Shown: piece after piece, positions 17,552 through 27,588 of the stretch | How positions within the stretch are numbered: the stretch's first letter is position 1 | Layout of the letters: every line of letters begins with the position of its first letter | NCBI GenBank assembly: GCA_045648605.1 | Contig: JAZROG010000034.1 | Span: 1 to 49,558, forward strand | Direction of reading: 5' to 3' | DNA from: Eubacteriales bacterium | GTDB lineage: Bacteria; Bacillota; Clostridia; Oscillospirales; CAG-272 | DNA length: 49,558 bases | Position numbers and translations under genes: made by a program | Notes under the pieces: model-generated | Seen by the model: the letters and a program-made list of their open reading frames with translations, nothing else | Databases searched by the model: none | What the model was told of the DNA's origin: nothing

Positions 17552-18586
17552 TTATTCCTTGATCTCATCCACAAAGAAGCCTCTTGTGTGGGCGCGCTTT
17601 CCGTCTTTTGTTCGCAGATCAAGTCTGAAATATGTATTCTTTGTAAGCGAATCGTAATTTGCACGGCAAGTATCTATCAGCCAGCTCATATCCACATCCC
17701 AAGATGTGATACTTTCGCCATCCTTGCTCTTTATTCTCCTTCTGAATCTTACGGGAGTCAGTAGAGTTATTTCATCAACCTCACTGCACTCGATATGGAG
17801 AATATTGTTCTCGATATAAAGATCGTATATTTCGATTCCGGTAGAAGCATAAAAATCGCCCTTTTCGAGAGAATCCATAAGGCAGGAATATTCAAGCCTT
17901 TCAGCCTTCACCATTACCCAACCGCCGCAGCAGTCACCCTCACCGTGGGCATCGTCTGCCGCAATAGGGAAAACCTTGCGCTCTCCCTCTGTCAGAAGAT
18001 CGTCGATGGGGTCCATATCGTCTTCATATCCTTCATGTGCGGCACCTGTGTTATAGCATTCCATGCCCCAAAGCCCTTTTAGTCCACCGTAATCACGGTA
18101 ATTCTGAAGCGATCCCTTGGGGTGATTGAAGCAAACGAGAAATCCTGCCTCGTTACATTCCTTTATAACTCTGTTAAGCTCCTCGGGGCCGTAACCAAAG
18201 CCTCTCGGCTCAAAATTTATCATTTTTTCCGTTCTGTAATCCATCGCATGCTTTATTGCCCCCCAAAATCCTTCGGGGTGAAAAAACGGAAAGACCTCCG
18301 CTGTGGGATCCTTTGCATAAACATTGAAATGTGTCGATGGCAAGAGCATATAATCTCCCTTATTTTTTGCATACTCAACACTCGTTATCGCAATAAAATC
18401 CTCGTCATTAAGCTCGGGATGGGGGAGCATTATCTGATGGTCGGTAAAGGCAACTGCAGAATATCCGTTTGCCTTATATATCTCCTTCACTCTCTCGGGA
18501 GTCATTCTTCCGTCTGAAATATTGGTATGAACGTGCAGATTGACCTTGAAAAATTTTCCTTCGTGTGGTATAAGATAGTGCTTCAT
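17552..18586 (-). CDS. PHP domain phosphoesterase
   Basis: NLHVHTNISDG, AFTDH, NHP, ADDAH metal-binding motifs. Confidence 0.88.
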   Translation of the reverse strand: MKHYLIPHEGKFFKVNLHVHTNISDGRMTPERVKEIYKANGYSAVAFTDHQIMLPHPELNDEDFIAITSVEYAKNKGDYMLLPSTHFNVYAKDPTAEVFPFFHPEGFWGAIKHAMDYRTEKMINFEPRGFGYGPEELNRVIKECNEAGFLVCFNHPKGSLQNYRDYGGLKGLWGMECYNTGAAHEGYEDDMDPIDDLLTEGERKVFPIAADDAHGEGDCCGGWVMVKAERLEYSCLMDSLEKGDFYASTGIEIYDLYIENNILHIECSEVDEITLLTPVRFRRRIKSKDGESITSWDVDMSWLIDTCRANYDSLTKNTYFRLDLRTKDGKRAHTRGFFVDEIKE

Positions 18587-18609
18587 AATATAATCTTCCT
18601 TTCAAATGA

Positions 18610-19641
18610 TTAGTCTGCGCAAATGAGCATTTCTATTGCCGAATAGCCTTGCGGCGAACGCTTTAGCATTCTGTCTGCCTCTGTGCAAAGGCTTATCTTT
18701 TTGTAAAGACGCTCATATGGTATTTTTGAAGCGCTACGCGCCAGAATTTTCGCTCTGTATTCATTAAGTATCTTGCTTTTTCCGATGTCGAAAAAAGACA
18801 TTCCGTCATCCGTCAGACGCTTGACAAGCAAAAGATCACATATGGTTTTCGATATTTCTCCGAAAATGATCAGCGGGTCTGTACGCTTGAAGCGAAGATA
18901 ATCGAGAACGGCAAGGGCTTCCGAGCTTCTGCCCTCCATAATGGCGTTTGACAGTGCAAAGGTGTCAAATTCAACATCTGCAATGCAGACATTTCGTATA
19001 TCCTCATCCGTAACCTCGTCTCTTCCCTCAAAAAGAACAAATGCACAGAGCTTGTCTATCTCATTTGACAAATTGTACATTCCCGTGCCGCAATAATCGA
19101 TAAGGTATGCGAGATTTCTTTGATTTATCTTGACCCCTCCGTGAGCAAAATGTCTCTCTGCCCACGATGCCAGCCTTTGCGGAGTGCATTTTTCAAATCT
19201 GACAGGCGTGAGATGCTCCGAAAGCCTTTGTATGATCGCAGACGGCTTTGCAGAGGAATACCCCTCATCGATGCATCCCGATGCAACCGAAACGATAAGG
19301 GAGGTATAATCATAATCCGCAAGGAGAGCGAAGGAATCAAAAAGAGACTCGATCTCGCCCGAATGTTGAGCATTAAAATCAAAGCCTGATATAATTATAA
19401 GCTTTCTCTCGGTCATCATCGGCGGCTGCATTATGGCATCAAGCAGCGTGTCGGGCGAAAACTTGACCGCATCTATCTTTGTTATGTTAAAAAAAGCAAA
19501 TGTGGGGTCGGGACAAATGGCTTCAGCAGCAAGAGAAACGGCGTGAGATTTAAGATAATCCTCCTCACCGTAAAAAACATAACTTGCTATATTCCCGCTT
19601 TTCAGCTGCTTTCTGAATTCCGAATCACTTATGATCTGCAT
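18610..19641 (-). CDS. holA: DNA polymerase III subunit delta
   Basis: YVFYGEEDYL, PPMMTERKLII, LSNEIDKL, FALSNAI; start set at MQIISD after GAGGA RBS. Confidence 0.9.
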   Translation of the reverse strand: MQIISDSEFRKQLKSGNIASYVFYGEEDYLKSHAVSLAAEAICPDPTFAFFNITKIDAVKFSPDTLLDAIMQPPMMTERKLIIISGFDFNAQHSGEIESLFDSFALLADYDYTSLIVSVASGCIDEGYSSAKPSAIIQRLSEHLTPVRFEKCTPQRLASWAERHFAHGGVKINQRNLAYLIDYCGTGMYNLSNEIDKLCAFVLFEGRDEVTDEDIRNVCIADVEFDTFALSNAIMEGRSSEALAVLDYLRFKRTDPLIIFGEISKTICDLLLVKRLTDDGMSFFDIGKSKILNEYRAKILARSASKIPYERLYKKISLCTEADRMLKRSPQGYSAIEMLICAD

Positions 19642-19706
19642 TTTTTCCTCTCTTTGTTTTTTTGCGCTAAACAATAATTTATCGGTGCGTTGATAAAACG
19701 CAAATC

Positions 19707-19799
19707 TGTAGGGGACGGCGACCTCGACGTCCCGTTTTTCATTTAAAATCAACGGAAATTCCACGTCTTTGCGGGACGTCGAGGGCGCCGTCCCCTACA
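19707..19799. repeat. GTAG-type REP doublet (REPIN)
   Basis: TGTAGGGGACGGCGACCTCGACGTCCCG ... CGGGACGTCGAGGGCGCCGTCCCCTACA, inverted with 1 mismatch. Confidence 0.88.
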
Positions 19800-19956
19800 A
19801 AAATTCTTCTTCGCCTATTCGCTAAATTCCTGTTTACAGTAACATTAGTATACCATTTTTTTGCCAAATAGTCAACGATTTTTACATAATGAAGCATATT
19901 TTTTGCTGTGTTTTTGATTTTTCTTAACGAAATCGGCGGGAATTTTAAAAAATCTC

Positions 19957-19985
19957 TTGACAAATAGGCAGAAACAGGATATAAT
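19957..19985 (+). promoter_or_regulatory. sigmaA promoter of rpmH operon
   Basis: TTGACA-17 bp-TATAAT. Confidence 0.8.
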
Positions 19986-20064
19986 ATTGGGTGTCATTGT
20001 GTAAAAGCGTAAAAGCAACAAAAGCAACACGCTTCCGATAAACAATTATAAGGAGGTGCAGATA

Positions 20065-20199
20065 ATGCTCAGAACTTACCAGCCTAAGAAAAGACAGAGA
20101 AAGAAGGAGCATGGCTTCAGAAAGAGAATGAAGACCGCTGACGGCAGAAACGTACTCAAGAGAAGACGTGCAAAGGGCAGAAAGAGACTCACATACTGA
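20065..20199 (+). CDS. rpmH: 50S ribosomal protein L34
   Basis: Not in ORF track: [44 protein letters not shown]; AAGGAGGT RBS. Confidence 0.99.
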   Translation: MLRTYQPKKRQRKKEHGFRKRMKTADGRNVLKRRRAKGRKRLTY

Positions 20200-20397
20200 T
20201 TCTCTCTGCTACCATCATAAAACCTCCGATTGATGCGAGTGCAATGCTCTTTAATTGATCGGGGTTTTTGATTTTTTAACACTTTTAACACTCTTAAAAC
20301 TTTTAAAACTTTTTTGATTTTTCAAAAAATTCAGAAAAAACAAATTCAAGAAAAAAACAATGACGGAAGCGACTCCCTATGAGGAGGTAATGAAAAA

Positions 20398-20796
20398 ATG
20401 AAACTTGTTGCAATTAAAGAGCATCACTTATATTCCAAGGCATATGCCAAGGGAACAAAGTGCATAGGAAAGCGAATAGCAGTATATGTGCTGAAGGACT
20501 ACGGTGCAAAGAGATTGATGATAGCTAATCCCGAGAAGAAATATCTCAATAGGGTCGGCATCTCGGTCTCCAAAAAGTACGGAAAAGCTCATGAGCGCAA
20601 CCGTGCAAAGCGAATAGTCAGAGAAGCATACAGGTCTGTTGAAAAGGACGAAAGATATGTTATGAAAAAAGGATTTCTCATCGTGCTTGCCATAAGAGAC
20701 GGCTGCCACGGAGCAAAAAGCCATGAGGTTGCCGCAGAGCTGCGTCATGCACTCATTCGCCTTGAAATGCTTTCGGAAAAAAGAGTGACGCCATGA
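20398..20796 (+). CDS. rnpA: Ribonuclease P protein component
   Basis: [25 protein letters not shown] (RNR motif); synteny. Confidence 0.96.
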   Translation: MKLVAIKEHHLYSKAYAKGTKCIGKRIAVYVLKDYGAKRLMIANPEKKYLNRVGISVSKKYGKAHERNRAKRIVREAYRSVEKDERYVMKKGFLIVLAIRDGCHGAKSHEVAAELRHALIRLEMLSEKRVTP

Positions 20797-21029
20797 AATA
20801 TGTATGTATTGCGCTTCTGCGTTTTTACCAGAAATTTATTTCGCCACTAAAAGGAGCCCCAAGCTGTAGGTTCACGCCTACTTGCTCCAGCTATGCCATT
20901 GAGGCATTTCAGAAAAGAGGCTTTTTTGTGGGTCTTGCCCTCACGGTCTGGAGAGTTCTCCGCTGCAATCCTTTTTGCCGCGGCGGATATGATCCCGTTC
21001 CTGAGAAGCGCCGCAAAAACAAGGGGTAA
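20793..21029 (+). CDS. yidD: Membrane protein insertion efficiency factor
   Basis: [18 protein letters not shown]...[15 protein letters not shown]. Confidence 0.97.
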   Translation: MKYVCIALLRFYQKFISPLKGAPSCRFTPTCSSYAIEAFQKRGFFVGLALTVWRVLRCNPFCRGGYDPVPEKRRKNKG

Positions 21030-21080
21030 GCGAATAAAAATTTGCCCACGGGGGCAATGATATAGAAATCCCAAAAGGAT

Positions 21081-22256
21081 GTGATTAAAATAGACGCAAT
21101 TTTAACATGGATCGGTCAGGCGCTTCGCTGGGTTGAATCATGGTCGGGAAGCTATATGGTTGCGCTTCTCGTTTTCTCGCTTGTTGTGGAGATACTTTTC
21201 CTCCCATTTGATATCAAGCAGCAGAAAAGCCAGATAAAGCAGGCAAAGCTCCGTCCCAAGGAAATGGCTATCCGCAATAAGTACAAGGGACGCGATGACC
21301 AGGCTACGAGACAAAAGATGCAAATGGAGATCCAGGAGTTTTACCAGAAGGAAAACTATAATCCCATGAGCGGATGTCTTCCTCTCCTTATACAGCTCCC
21401 TGTAATCATGGCGCTGTACGGAATAGTTATCAATCCTCTCAAGTACGTTGTAGGATTTAAGGATGCGCAGATCGAGGAAATCAAGAATATTATAGTTCAG
21501 GCACTTCCCGATGTTAAGATCAACACCTCACAGACTATTCCCTTTTTCAATCATATCAAAAATCTCGGACTCGATGCATTCAGCAGCGTTGAGGGCTTTT
21601 TAGAAAAGGTTCCAAGCCTTGATTCTCTTCCGAATTTTAATGTTTTCGGAGATTTCAATCTCGGCCTTATCCCCAGCGAGGGTGGGTGGAGCTGGCTTCT
21701 CATAATTCCCGTTCTGGTATTCATTTTCCAGTTCGCTTCAACAAAGCTGATGCGTAAATTCACCTATCAGCCGCCTTCCGCACAGGATGCAAACATGGGC
21801 TGCTCAAACACCGTTATGGATGTTACAATGCCTCTTATGACAACATATTTTGCATATGTTCTTCCGGGTGCTGTCGGTATCTATTGGGTATCAAAGAACA
21901 TTCTTTCCTTTGTTAAGAGATTCATTCTTTCAAAGGCAATGCCTATGCCTGTCTTTACGGACGAGGACTATAAGGCTGCCGAGCAGGAACTGAAGAACAA
22001 AGCACCGAAAAAGAAGGAAAATGAGAGCGGAAACGGCTATAACGCAAGCGGAAAATACGTTCGTTCGCTCCACCATATCGACGACGAGGATTTTGAGGAC
22101 ACTCGCGAGAAGGCACTTGCCGCAAAGGCCGCTGCAGAAAAGGCTGCCGAGGAAGAAAAGAAGGCAGCAGAGGAAAAGGCAAACGCCAAAGGTGGCATGG
22201 CAGCTCCTCTCAAGGAAGACAAAAAAGATAACGAAGAAGACAAAAAAACTGAATAA
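21081..22256 (+). CDS. yidC: YidC/Oxa1 membrane protein insertase
   Basis: NPMSGCLPLLIQLPV, PGAVGIYW; synteny. Confidence 0.95.
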   Translation: MIKIDAILTWIGQALRWVESWSGSYMVALLVFSLVVEILFLPFDIKQQKSQIKQAKLRPKEMAIRNKYKGRDDQATRQKMQMEIQEFYQKENYNPMSGCLPLLIQLPVIMALYGIVINPLKYVVGFKDAQIEEIKNIIVQALPDVKINTSQTIPFFNHIKNLGLDAFSSVEGFLEKVPSLDSLPNFNVFGDFNLGLIPSEGGWSWLLIIPVLVFIFQFASTKLMRKFTYQPPSAQDANMGCSNTVMDVTMPLMTTYFAYVLPGAVGIYWVSKNILSFVKRFILSKAMPMPVFTDEDYKAAEQELKNKAPKKKENESGNGYNASGKYVRSLHHIDDEDFEDTREKALAAKAAAEKAAEEEKKAAEEKANAKGGMAAPLKEDKKDNEEDKKTE

Positions 22257-22277
22257 TAAAGACGGAGTTTATAAATC

Positions 22278-22937
22278 GTGAAAAAGGAAATTACAATCAG
22301 TGCCAAGAGCGTTGATGAGGCACTCCAAAAGGCTGCAAAGGAGCTTGGTGCTCCCGATGTCAGCGCTATTGAATATACCGTTCTTGAGGAAGCAAAGAAG
22401 GGCTTTCTCGGAATCGGCGGAACACAGGCAAAGATCCTCGCAAGCTATGAGGATGTTCTCTGCGGCAAAGCTGCAGCAGTTGCATTTGTTAAGAAGCTCG
22501 TAGCTGATATGAAGCTTGATGCAACGGTAACCGTTCGCGACGGCGATAACGATGATACAATCATCAGCATCGATGGCGAGAGCGCAGGTGTTCTTATCGG
22601 TCACCATGGTGACACACTTGATTCTCTCCAGTATCTTGCAAATCTTGCCGCAAACAAAAAGGTCGAGGGCGAGAAGAAGGAATATTGCAAGATCACAATC
22701 GATATTGAGAATTACAGAGCAAAGAGAGAGGAAACTCTCCGCACATTTGCGCGCCGCATGGCAAGCAAGGTGGTTAAATACAAGAAGAGCGTTATGCTCG
22801 AGCCTATGAATCCCTATGAGAGACGCATAATCCATTCCGAAATTCAAGGAATCGACGGCGTTTCAACAAACTCCATCGGCTCTGAAAATAACCGTAAGAT
22901 CGTTATTTATCTGGACGATAAAAAAACGAACGACTAA
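22278..22937 (+). CDS. jag: RNA-binding protein Jag/EloR (KhpB)
   Basis: Jag_N KKGFLGIG, KH LIGHHGDTLDSLQYL, R3H PMNPYERRIIH. Confidence 0.96.
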   Translation: MKKEITISAKSVDEALQKAAKELGAPDVSAIEYTVLEEAKKGFLGIGGTQAKILASYEDVLCGKAAAVAFVKKLVADMKLDATVTVRDGDNDDTIISIDGESAGVLIGHHGDTLDSLQYLANLAANKKVEGEKKEYCKITIDIENYRAKREETLRTFARRMASKVVKYKKSVMLEPMNPYERRIIHSEIQGIDGVSTNSIGSENNRKIVIYLDDKKTND

Positions 22938-22945
22938 TTATTGTG

Positions 22946-22982
22946 GGGCTGATTCACAAAACGTGAGTCAGCCCGATTTTTT
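22946..22982 (+). terminator. Intrinsic terminator after jag
   Basis: GGGCTGATTCAC / GTGAGTCAGCCC stem plus T-run. Confidence 0.7.
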
Positions 22983-23015
22983 AGGATGGAAATTTGTATG
23001 AGAAATTGAAAGTGG

Positions 23016-23080
23016 GTTAATCCTCCTTTAGCGCAGCGTAGCGGAGTCGAAGGATCTACGAACGCTAAAGGAGGGCTAAC
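23016..23080. repeat. REP-like stem-loop
   Basis: 18-bp imperfect stem GTTAATCCTCCTTTAGCG / CGCTAAAGGAGGGCTAAC enclosing AGCGTAGCGGAGTCGAAGGATCT. Confidence 0.55.
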
Positions 23081-23132
23081 AGTTCTGAAAAATCCTATTT
23101 ATATTCAAATCATAAAACCAAGAGGCTTTACA

Positions 23133-24530
23133 ATGAAAATTTTTGATACTATTGCGGCGGTTTCAACTCCCCGTGGCAAAGGCGGAGTTGCGATGATAAG
23201 AATAAGCGGAAAGCAAGCTTTGGAGCTGGCATCAAGGGTGTTTTTCCCTAAAAACGGGAAAAGCCTTTCCGAGATCGATCACGGAAAAGCCGTTTATGGA
23301 ATTATAAAGGAATATGACGGTGAGGGGAACTGCTTTGTGCTTGATGACGGCATTGCAACGGTCTTTCTCGCGCCCCATTCGTTTACAGGCGAAGATACGG
23401 TTGAGATCTGCTGTCACGGCGGTGTTCTTATAACAGAAAGAGTTCTTTCCGCTTGCCTTGCCGCAGGCTGCAGACAGGCACAGGCGGGCGAATTTACGCG
23501 GCGCGCCTTTATTTCGGGCAGAATGAGTCTCAGCCAAGCCGAGGATCTTGGTTCGCTTCTTGAAGCAAGAACAGAAGGACAGCTGCTTCTTTCGAGAAAC
23601 GGTCTTGAAGGTCATCTTACAAATGCCATCGGTAGCTGCTACGAGGAGTTGAGAAGTATTCTTTCAAGCGTCTATGCAAAAATCGATTTTCCCGATGAGG
23701 ATCTTGCCTCAATAGACGAAGAAACGATGCATCTTAAGATAAAAGAAACAAAGGATAAGCTTATTTCTCTTGAAAAGACATATAAAACAGGTCGCGCGGT
23801 GCGCGAGGGCGTTAAAACCGTTATCTGCGGAAGAGCAAACGGCGGAAAAAGCTCTCTTTACAACAGGATTCTCGGCAGAGATGCCGCAATCGTCACCGAT
23901 ATTCCCGGAACAACCAGAGATGTTCTTGAGCAGACTGCGGCAATGGGCAAGGTCACCTTGCTTCTTTGCGACACAGCGGGTCTGCGCGAAACAGATGACA
24001 AGGTCGAGAGCATAGGAATCGAGCGAAGCCGCGCGGCAATCGAGAAAGCAGAGCTTATATTTGCTGTTTTTGATCCTTCTTCTCCGTTTAATGAGGAGGA
24101 TGAGGCTCTCATACGCACGCTTTCGGGAAAACAAGGCGTTATTGCTGTTCTGAACAAATGCGATCTTGCTGAAGCCGACATTGAAAAAGCAAAGGAATTC
24201 ATTAGCGGAATAGAAAATTACGTTTGTATTTCCGCAAAAACCGGCGAAGGCTATGAGGCTCTTATAGAAAAGGTTGAGGAGATATTTGACCTCGGAGAAA
24301 TAGATCTGCGAAGCGATGCACTTGTAACCAATGCAAGACAGCATTCCGCGATTCTCCGCGCAATATTGCATCTGAAAAATGCAGAGGATGCCCTTTCCAT
24401 GGGGCTTACAGTTGACCTCTGCGGAACCGATATGGAGTGCGCAATGTCATCCCTTGCTGAAATTGACGGCAGAGAGGTGACGGAGGATATCGTTTCGAAT
24501 ATTTTCGCCCATTTCTGCGTTGGAAAGTGA
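23133..24530 (+). CDS. mnmE: tRNA modification GTPase MnmE
   Basis: DTIAAVSTP, PHSFTGED, GRANGGKSS, PGTTRD, DTAG, NKCD, terminal FCVGK. Confidence 0.98.
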   Translation: MKIFDTIAAVSTPRGKGGVAMIRISGKQALELASRVFFPKNGKSLSEIDHGKAVYGIIKEYDGEGNCFVLDDGIATVFLAPHSFTGEDTVEICCHGGVLITERVLSACLAAGCRQAQAGEFTRRAFISGRMSLSQAEDLGSLLEARTEGQLLLSRNGLEGHLTNAIGSCYEELRSILSSVYAKIDFPDEDLASIDEETMHLKIKETKDKLISLEKTYKTGRAVREGVKTVICGRANGGKSSLYNRILGRDAAIVTDIPGTTRDVLEQTAAMGKVTLLLCDTAGLRETDDKVESIGIERSRAAIEKAELIFAVFDPSSPFNEEDEALIRTLSGKQGVIAVLNKCDLAEADIEKAKEFISGIENYVCISAKTGEGYEALIEKVEEIFDLGEIDLRSDALVTNARQHSAILRAILHLKNAEDALSMGLTVDLCGTDMECAMSSLAEIDGREVTEDIVSNIFAHFCVGK

Positions 24531-24531
24531 T

Positions 24532-24763
24532 TTTTCCACATCGAAAAATACCCGAAAATTTTACCTCTTGTTTCTTTTTTGTGCAAAACGCAGAAAAAAC
24601 ACTTTCTTTCCAAAAGGTCTTGACAAGATTTCGGATAAGTTTTCCACAGGCAAAATCCACTTTCCGCAAAAAAGAGGCTTGATTTTAATGGGTTTTACAC
24701 AGTTTCAACAGAGTTTTCCACAGTTTTGCACAACCAAGCGCTTTGCAGCGCGAGTTTTCCACA
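24532..24763 (+). promoter_or_regulatory. DnaA-box cluster
   Basis: TTTTCCACA at 24532, 24640, 24714 and 24755, plus variants TTTTACACA (24693), GTTTCAACA (24702), TTTTGCACA (24724) and inverted TTCGGATAA (24630). Confidence 0.75.
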
Positions 24764-24920
24764 TTTGGGCATTATAACGAAAAACGGCTTTTTTCTTCAT
24801 TAAAAAACCTCTTTTGACAGCAAAAAACATGAATTTGTCAAGCACATTATCCTCCTTTTAAAGGGGTGAAGCATATCAGATTTTTTCGTTTTTTATCCAA
24901 GACAAATTCTCATTTAAATC

Positions 24921-24963
24921 AAAAAATCGGCTTTGCCAAATATCATGGCAAAGCCGATTTTTT
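24921..24963 (-). terminator. Terminator of ftsH operon
   Basis: 18-bp stem AAAAAATCGGCTTTGCCA / TGGCAAAGCCGATTTTTT. Confidence 0.88.
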
Positions 24964-24970
24964 AATTCAA

Positions 24971-26992
24971 TTAAAGACCGAAGGGTCTGTCATCATCGGA
25001 ATTTTGCTTATCCTCGATGATATCCTCAGCATCGGATTCGGCATTTGCCTTCTCCTCAGCTTCCTTTGCGGCGTTTTCTTCCGCACGGCGCTCGTTTTCG
25101 GCAGCGCTTTCCTTCTTTTTCTGCTCTGCGATAGCCTCGATCTCTTCCTCTGTGCAGCCATCGTGCTCCATAGCATATTTGAACTGATCGTTATCCATAG
25201 TCTCATGCTTGTAGAGATACTGCGCAACGAAATGAAGCTTGTCAATGTGCTCCGAAAGGTACTCAACGCACTTCTTATAAGCAGAATCTATGATGCTTCT
25301 GACTTCATCGTCAATTTCAGCCGCAGTCTTTTCGGAATAATTCTTGCCCGAGCTGAAATCGCGTCCAAGGAACACCTCGGAGCTGCTATGCTCGCTTCCG
25401 TAAAGGACAGTACCAAGCTTTTCGCTCATACCGTATCTCTCGACCATTGCTCTTGCTATCTTTGTTGCCTGCTGAATATCCTGTGAAGCACCCGTTGAAA
25501 TATCCTCAAGCACAAGCGCCTCCGCAACTCGTCCGCCCATTGAAACGATGATATCGTCTATCATCTCATTCTTTGTCCTGCCAAGCTTATCCTCCTCGGG
25601 AACACGAATGGTAACACCGCCCGCATTGCCCGCAGGGATTATGGTTATATGCTTAACGGGGTCAGAGGTGGGGCAATAGAATGCCGCAACCGCATGACCT
25701 GCCTCGTGGTATGCCACAAGCTTATTATCCTTTTCTCTTCTCTGCTTAGCCTTTTTCTGGGGACCCATGATGATCTTCATATAGGAATCCTCGATCTCAT
25801 CCATACCGATAAGGGATTTATTCCTTCTTGCGGCAAGAAGCGCGGCTTCATTGAGAAGATTTGCAAGGTCTGCACCTGTAAAGCCAACTGTTGACTGCGC
25901 CACCTTCTTAAAGCTTACCGCATCCTCAATGGGCTTATTCTTTGCATGAACGCGAAGTATCTCTTCTCTTCCCTTTATATCGGGATAACCGACAGTTATC
26001 TGTCTGTCAAAGCGTCCAGGACGGAGAAGTGCGGGGTCAAGGATATCGGGGCGGTTTGTTGCCGCAATGACGATAATTCCGTCATTTGAGCCAAAGCCGT
26101 CCATTTCAACAAGAAGCTGATTGAGGGTCTGCTCTCTCTCATCATGTCCGCCGCCGAGACCTGCGCCTCTGTGACGTCCCACAGCGTCAATTTCATCAAT
26201 AAATACTATGCTTGCAGGTGCTTTTCTTGCCTGATCGAAGAGATCTCGAACTCTCGAAGCGCCGACACCAACATACATCTCAACGAAATCCGAGCCGGAA
26301 ATCGAAAAGAAGGGTACATCCGCCTCGCCCGCAACAGCCTTTGCAAGAAGTGTTTTACCCGTACCTGGAGGGCCCATAAGAAGAACGCCGTGAGGAATCT
26401 TTGCGCCAAGCTTTGTATATTTCTTGGGGTCTTTTAAGAATTCAACGACCTCCTTAAGCTCTTCCTTTTCCTCATCAGCACCCGCAACATCGGCAAAAAG
26501 AACCTTCTTCTTATCAGCCGTCGCCATCTTGACTCGAGCCTTTCCGAAGCTGTTTATCTTTCCGCCGCCCTTGCCTGCCATCGAATTCATCACGAATATC
26601 CAGAAAACGATACCCATGATTATGAGGATCGCATAAGGCAGAAGCGATATCCACCACGAATAATTTTTTGCGGGCTTATAATCATATTCGGTTAGGATGC
26701 CCGCAGCCTTCTGTTCGAGTATCAGCTCGCGAAGGTCATTATAAAAAATAGTGATATTGCTGAGCTGATAGCTCGCCATTGTATCATCGGCAAGAGTAAG
26801 CGTTATCTGATTCTTATCGCTCACCTCAAATGCCTTTACCTGTTCCTTTTGGAAATATTCCACAACCTGACTGTAATCATCAAGCTTTTCAATCTTTGCT
26901 TCAGTTGTTTTGAAGATCTGCGTTACAGCCAGAATGATGATTCCTATCAAAACAAGATAAAACAAAATGACCTTAAAATTGCTTTTCATCAA
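24971..26992 (-). CDS. ftsH: ATP-dependent zinc metalloprotease FtsH
   Basis: Two TMs, [28 protein letters not shown]. Confidence 0.99.
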   Translation of the reverse strand: MMKSNFKVILFYLVLIGIIILAVTQIFKTTEAKIEKLDDYSQVVEYFQKEQVKAFEVSDKNQITLTLADDTMASYQLSNITIFYNDLRELILEQKAAGILTEYDYKPAKNYSWWISLLPYAILIIMGIVFWIFVMNSMAGKGGGKINSFGKARVKMATADKKKVLFADVAGADEEKEELKEVVEFLKDPKKYTKLGAKIPHGVLLMGPPGTGKTLLAKAVAGEADVPFFSISGSDFVEMYVGVGASRVRDLFDQARKAPASIVFIDEIDAVGRHRGAGLGGGHDEREQTLNQLLVEMDGFGSNDGIIVIAATNRPDILDPALLRPGRFDRQITVGYPDIKGREEILRVHAKNKPIEDAVSFKKVAQSTVGFTGADLANLLNEAALLAARRNKSLIGMDEIEDSYMKIIMGPQKKAKQRREKDNKLVAYHEAGHAVAAFYCPTSDPVKHITIIPAGNAGGVTIRVPEEDKLGRTKNEMIDDIIVSMGGRVAEALVLEDISTGASQDIQQATKIARAMVERYGMSEKLGTVLYGSEHSSSEVFLGRDFSSGKNYSEKTAAEIDDEVRSIIDSAYKKCVEYLSEHIDKLHFVAQYLYKHETMDNDQFKYAMEHDGCTEEEIEAIAEQKKKESAAENERRAEENAAKEAEEKANAESDAEDIIEDKQNSDDDRPFGL

Positions 26993-27018
26993 TGCTCCTT
27001 ATACCTTTGCAGTAATTT

Positions 27019-27570
27019 TTATTTTTCCTCGTAAACTTCCTTTTTGAGAACACCGACAAAAGGAAGCGCACGGTACATTTCATCATAATCAAGACCAAAG
27101 CCCACAACGAATTTATCGGGAACGACCCTTCCGCAATAATCGGGCTCAAAAACGACCTCTCTGCGGGAAGGCTTATCAAGGAGAGTGCATGTCCTTACAC
27201 TGTGTGCGCCCTTCATGCGCAGATATTCGGTAAGATGCGAAAGGGTTCTTCCGCTGTCGATTATGTCCTCAACTATGATTATATCAATAGAGTGCATATC
27301 CTTTCTCTGAAGATCAAGATGGATATTGATATTTCCCGTTGTTGCAGTTCCCGCGCCATAGGATGAGACCTTCATAAAGTCTATCTCAACAGGCAGCTCT
27401 ATCCTCTTCATAAGCTCACCCATGAAAACAACAGAGCCCTTAAGTATGCAAAGAAGGAGCAGCTTTTTATCGGAATTTTTATAATCCTCGCTTATCCTTG
27501 CGGCGATATCGCGGCATATCTCGCCTATCTCCTCTTCACTTATCAGAATTTCTTCAATGTCTTTATTCAT
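27019..27570 (-). CDS. hpt: Hypoxanthine phosphoribosyltransferase
   Basis: ILKGS, IIVEDIIDSGRTL, LLDKPSRR, FVVGFGLDY. Confidence 0.98.
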   Translation of the reverse strand: MNKDIEEILISEEEIGEICRDIAARISEDYKNSDKKLLLLCILKGSVVFMGELMKRIELPVEIDFMKVSSYGAGTATTGNINIHLDLQRKDMHSIDIIIVEDIIDSGRTLSHLTEYLRMKGAHSVRTCTLLDKPSRREVVFEPDYCGRVVPDKFVVGFGLDYDEMYRALPFVGVLKKEVYEEK

Positions 27571-27588
27571 AAGATCACCGACCTTTCT

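Noticed and set aside
19642-19764. N-terminal extension of holA in the ORF track
   Set aside because: It is translated REPIN sequence; a better RBS and ATG lie at 19641.
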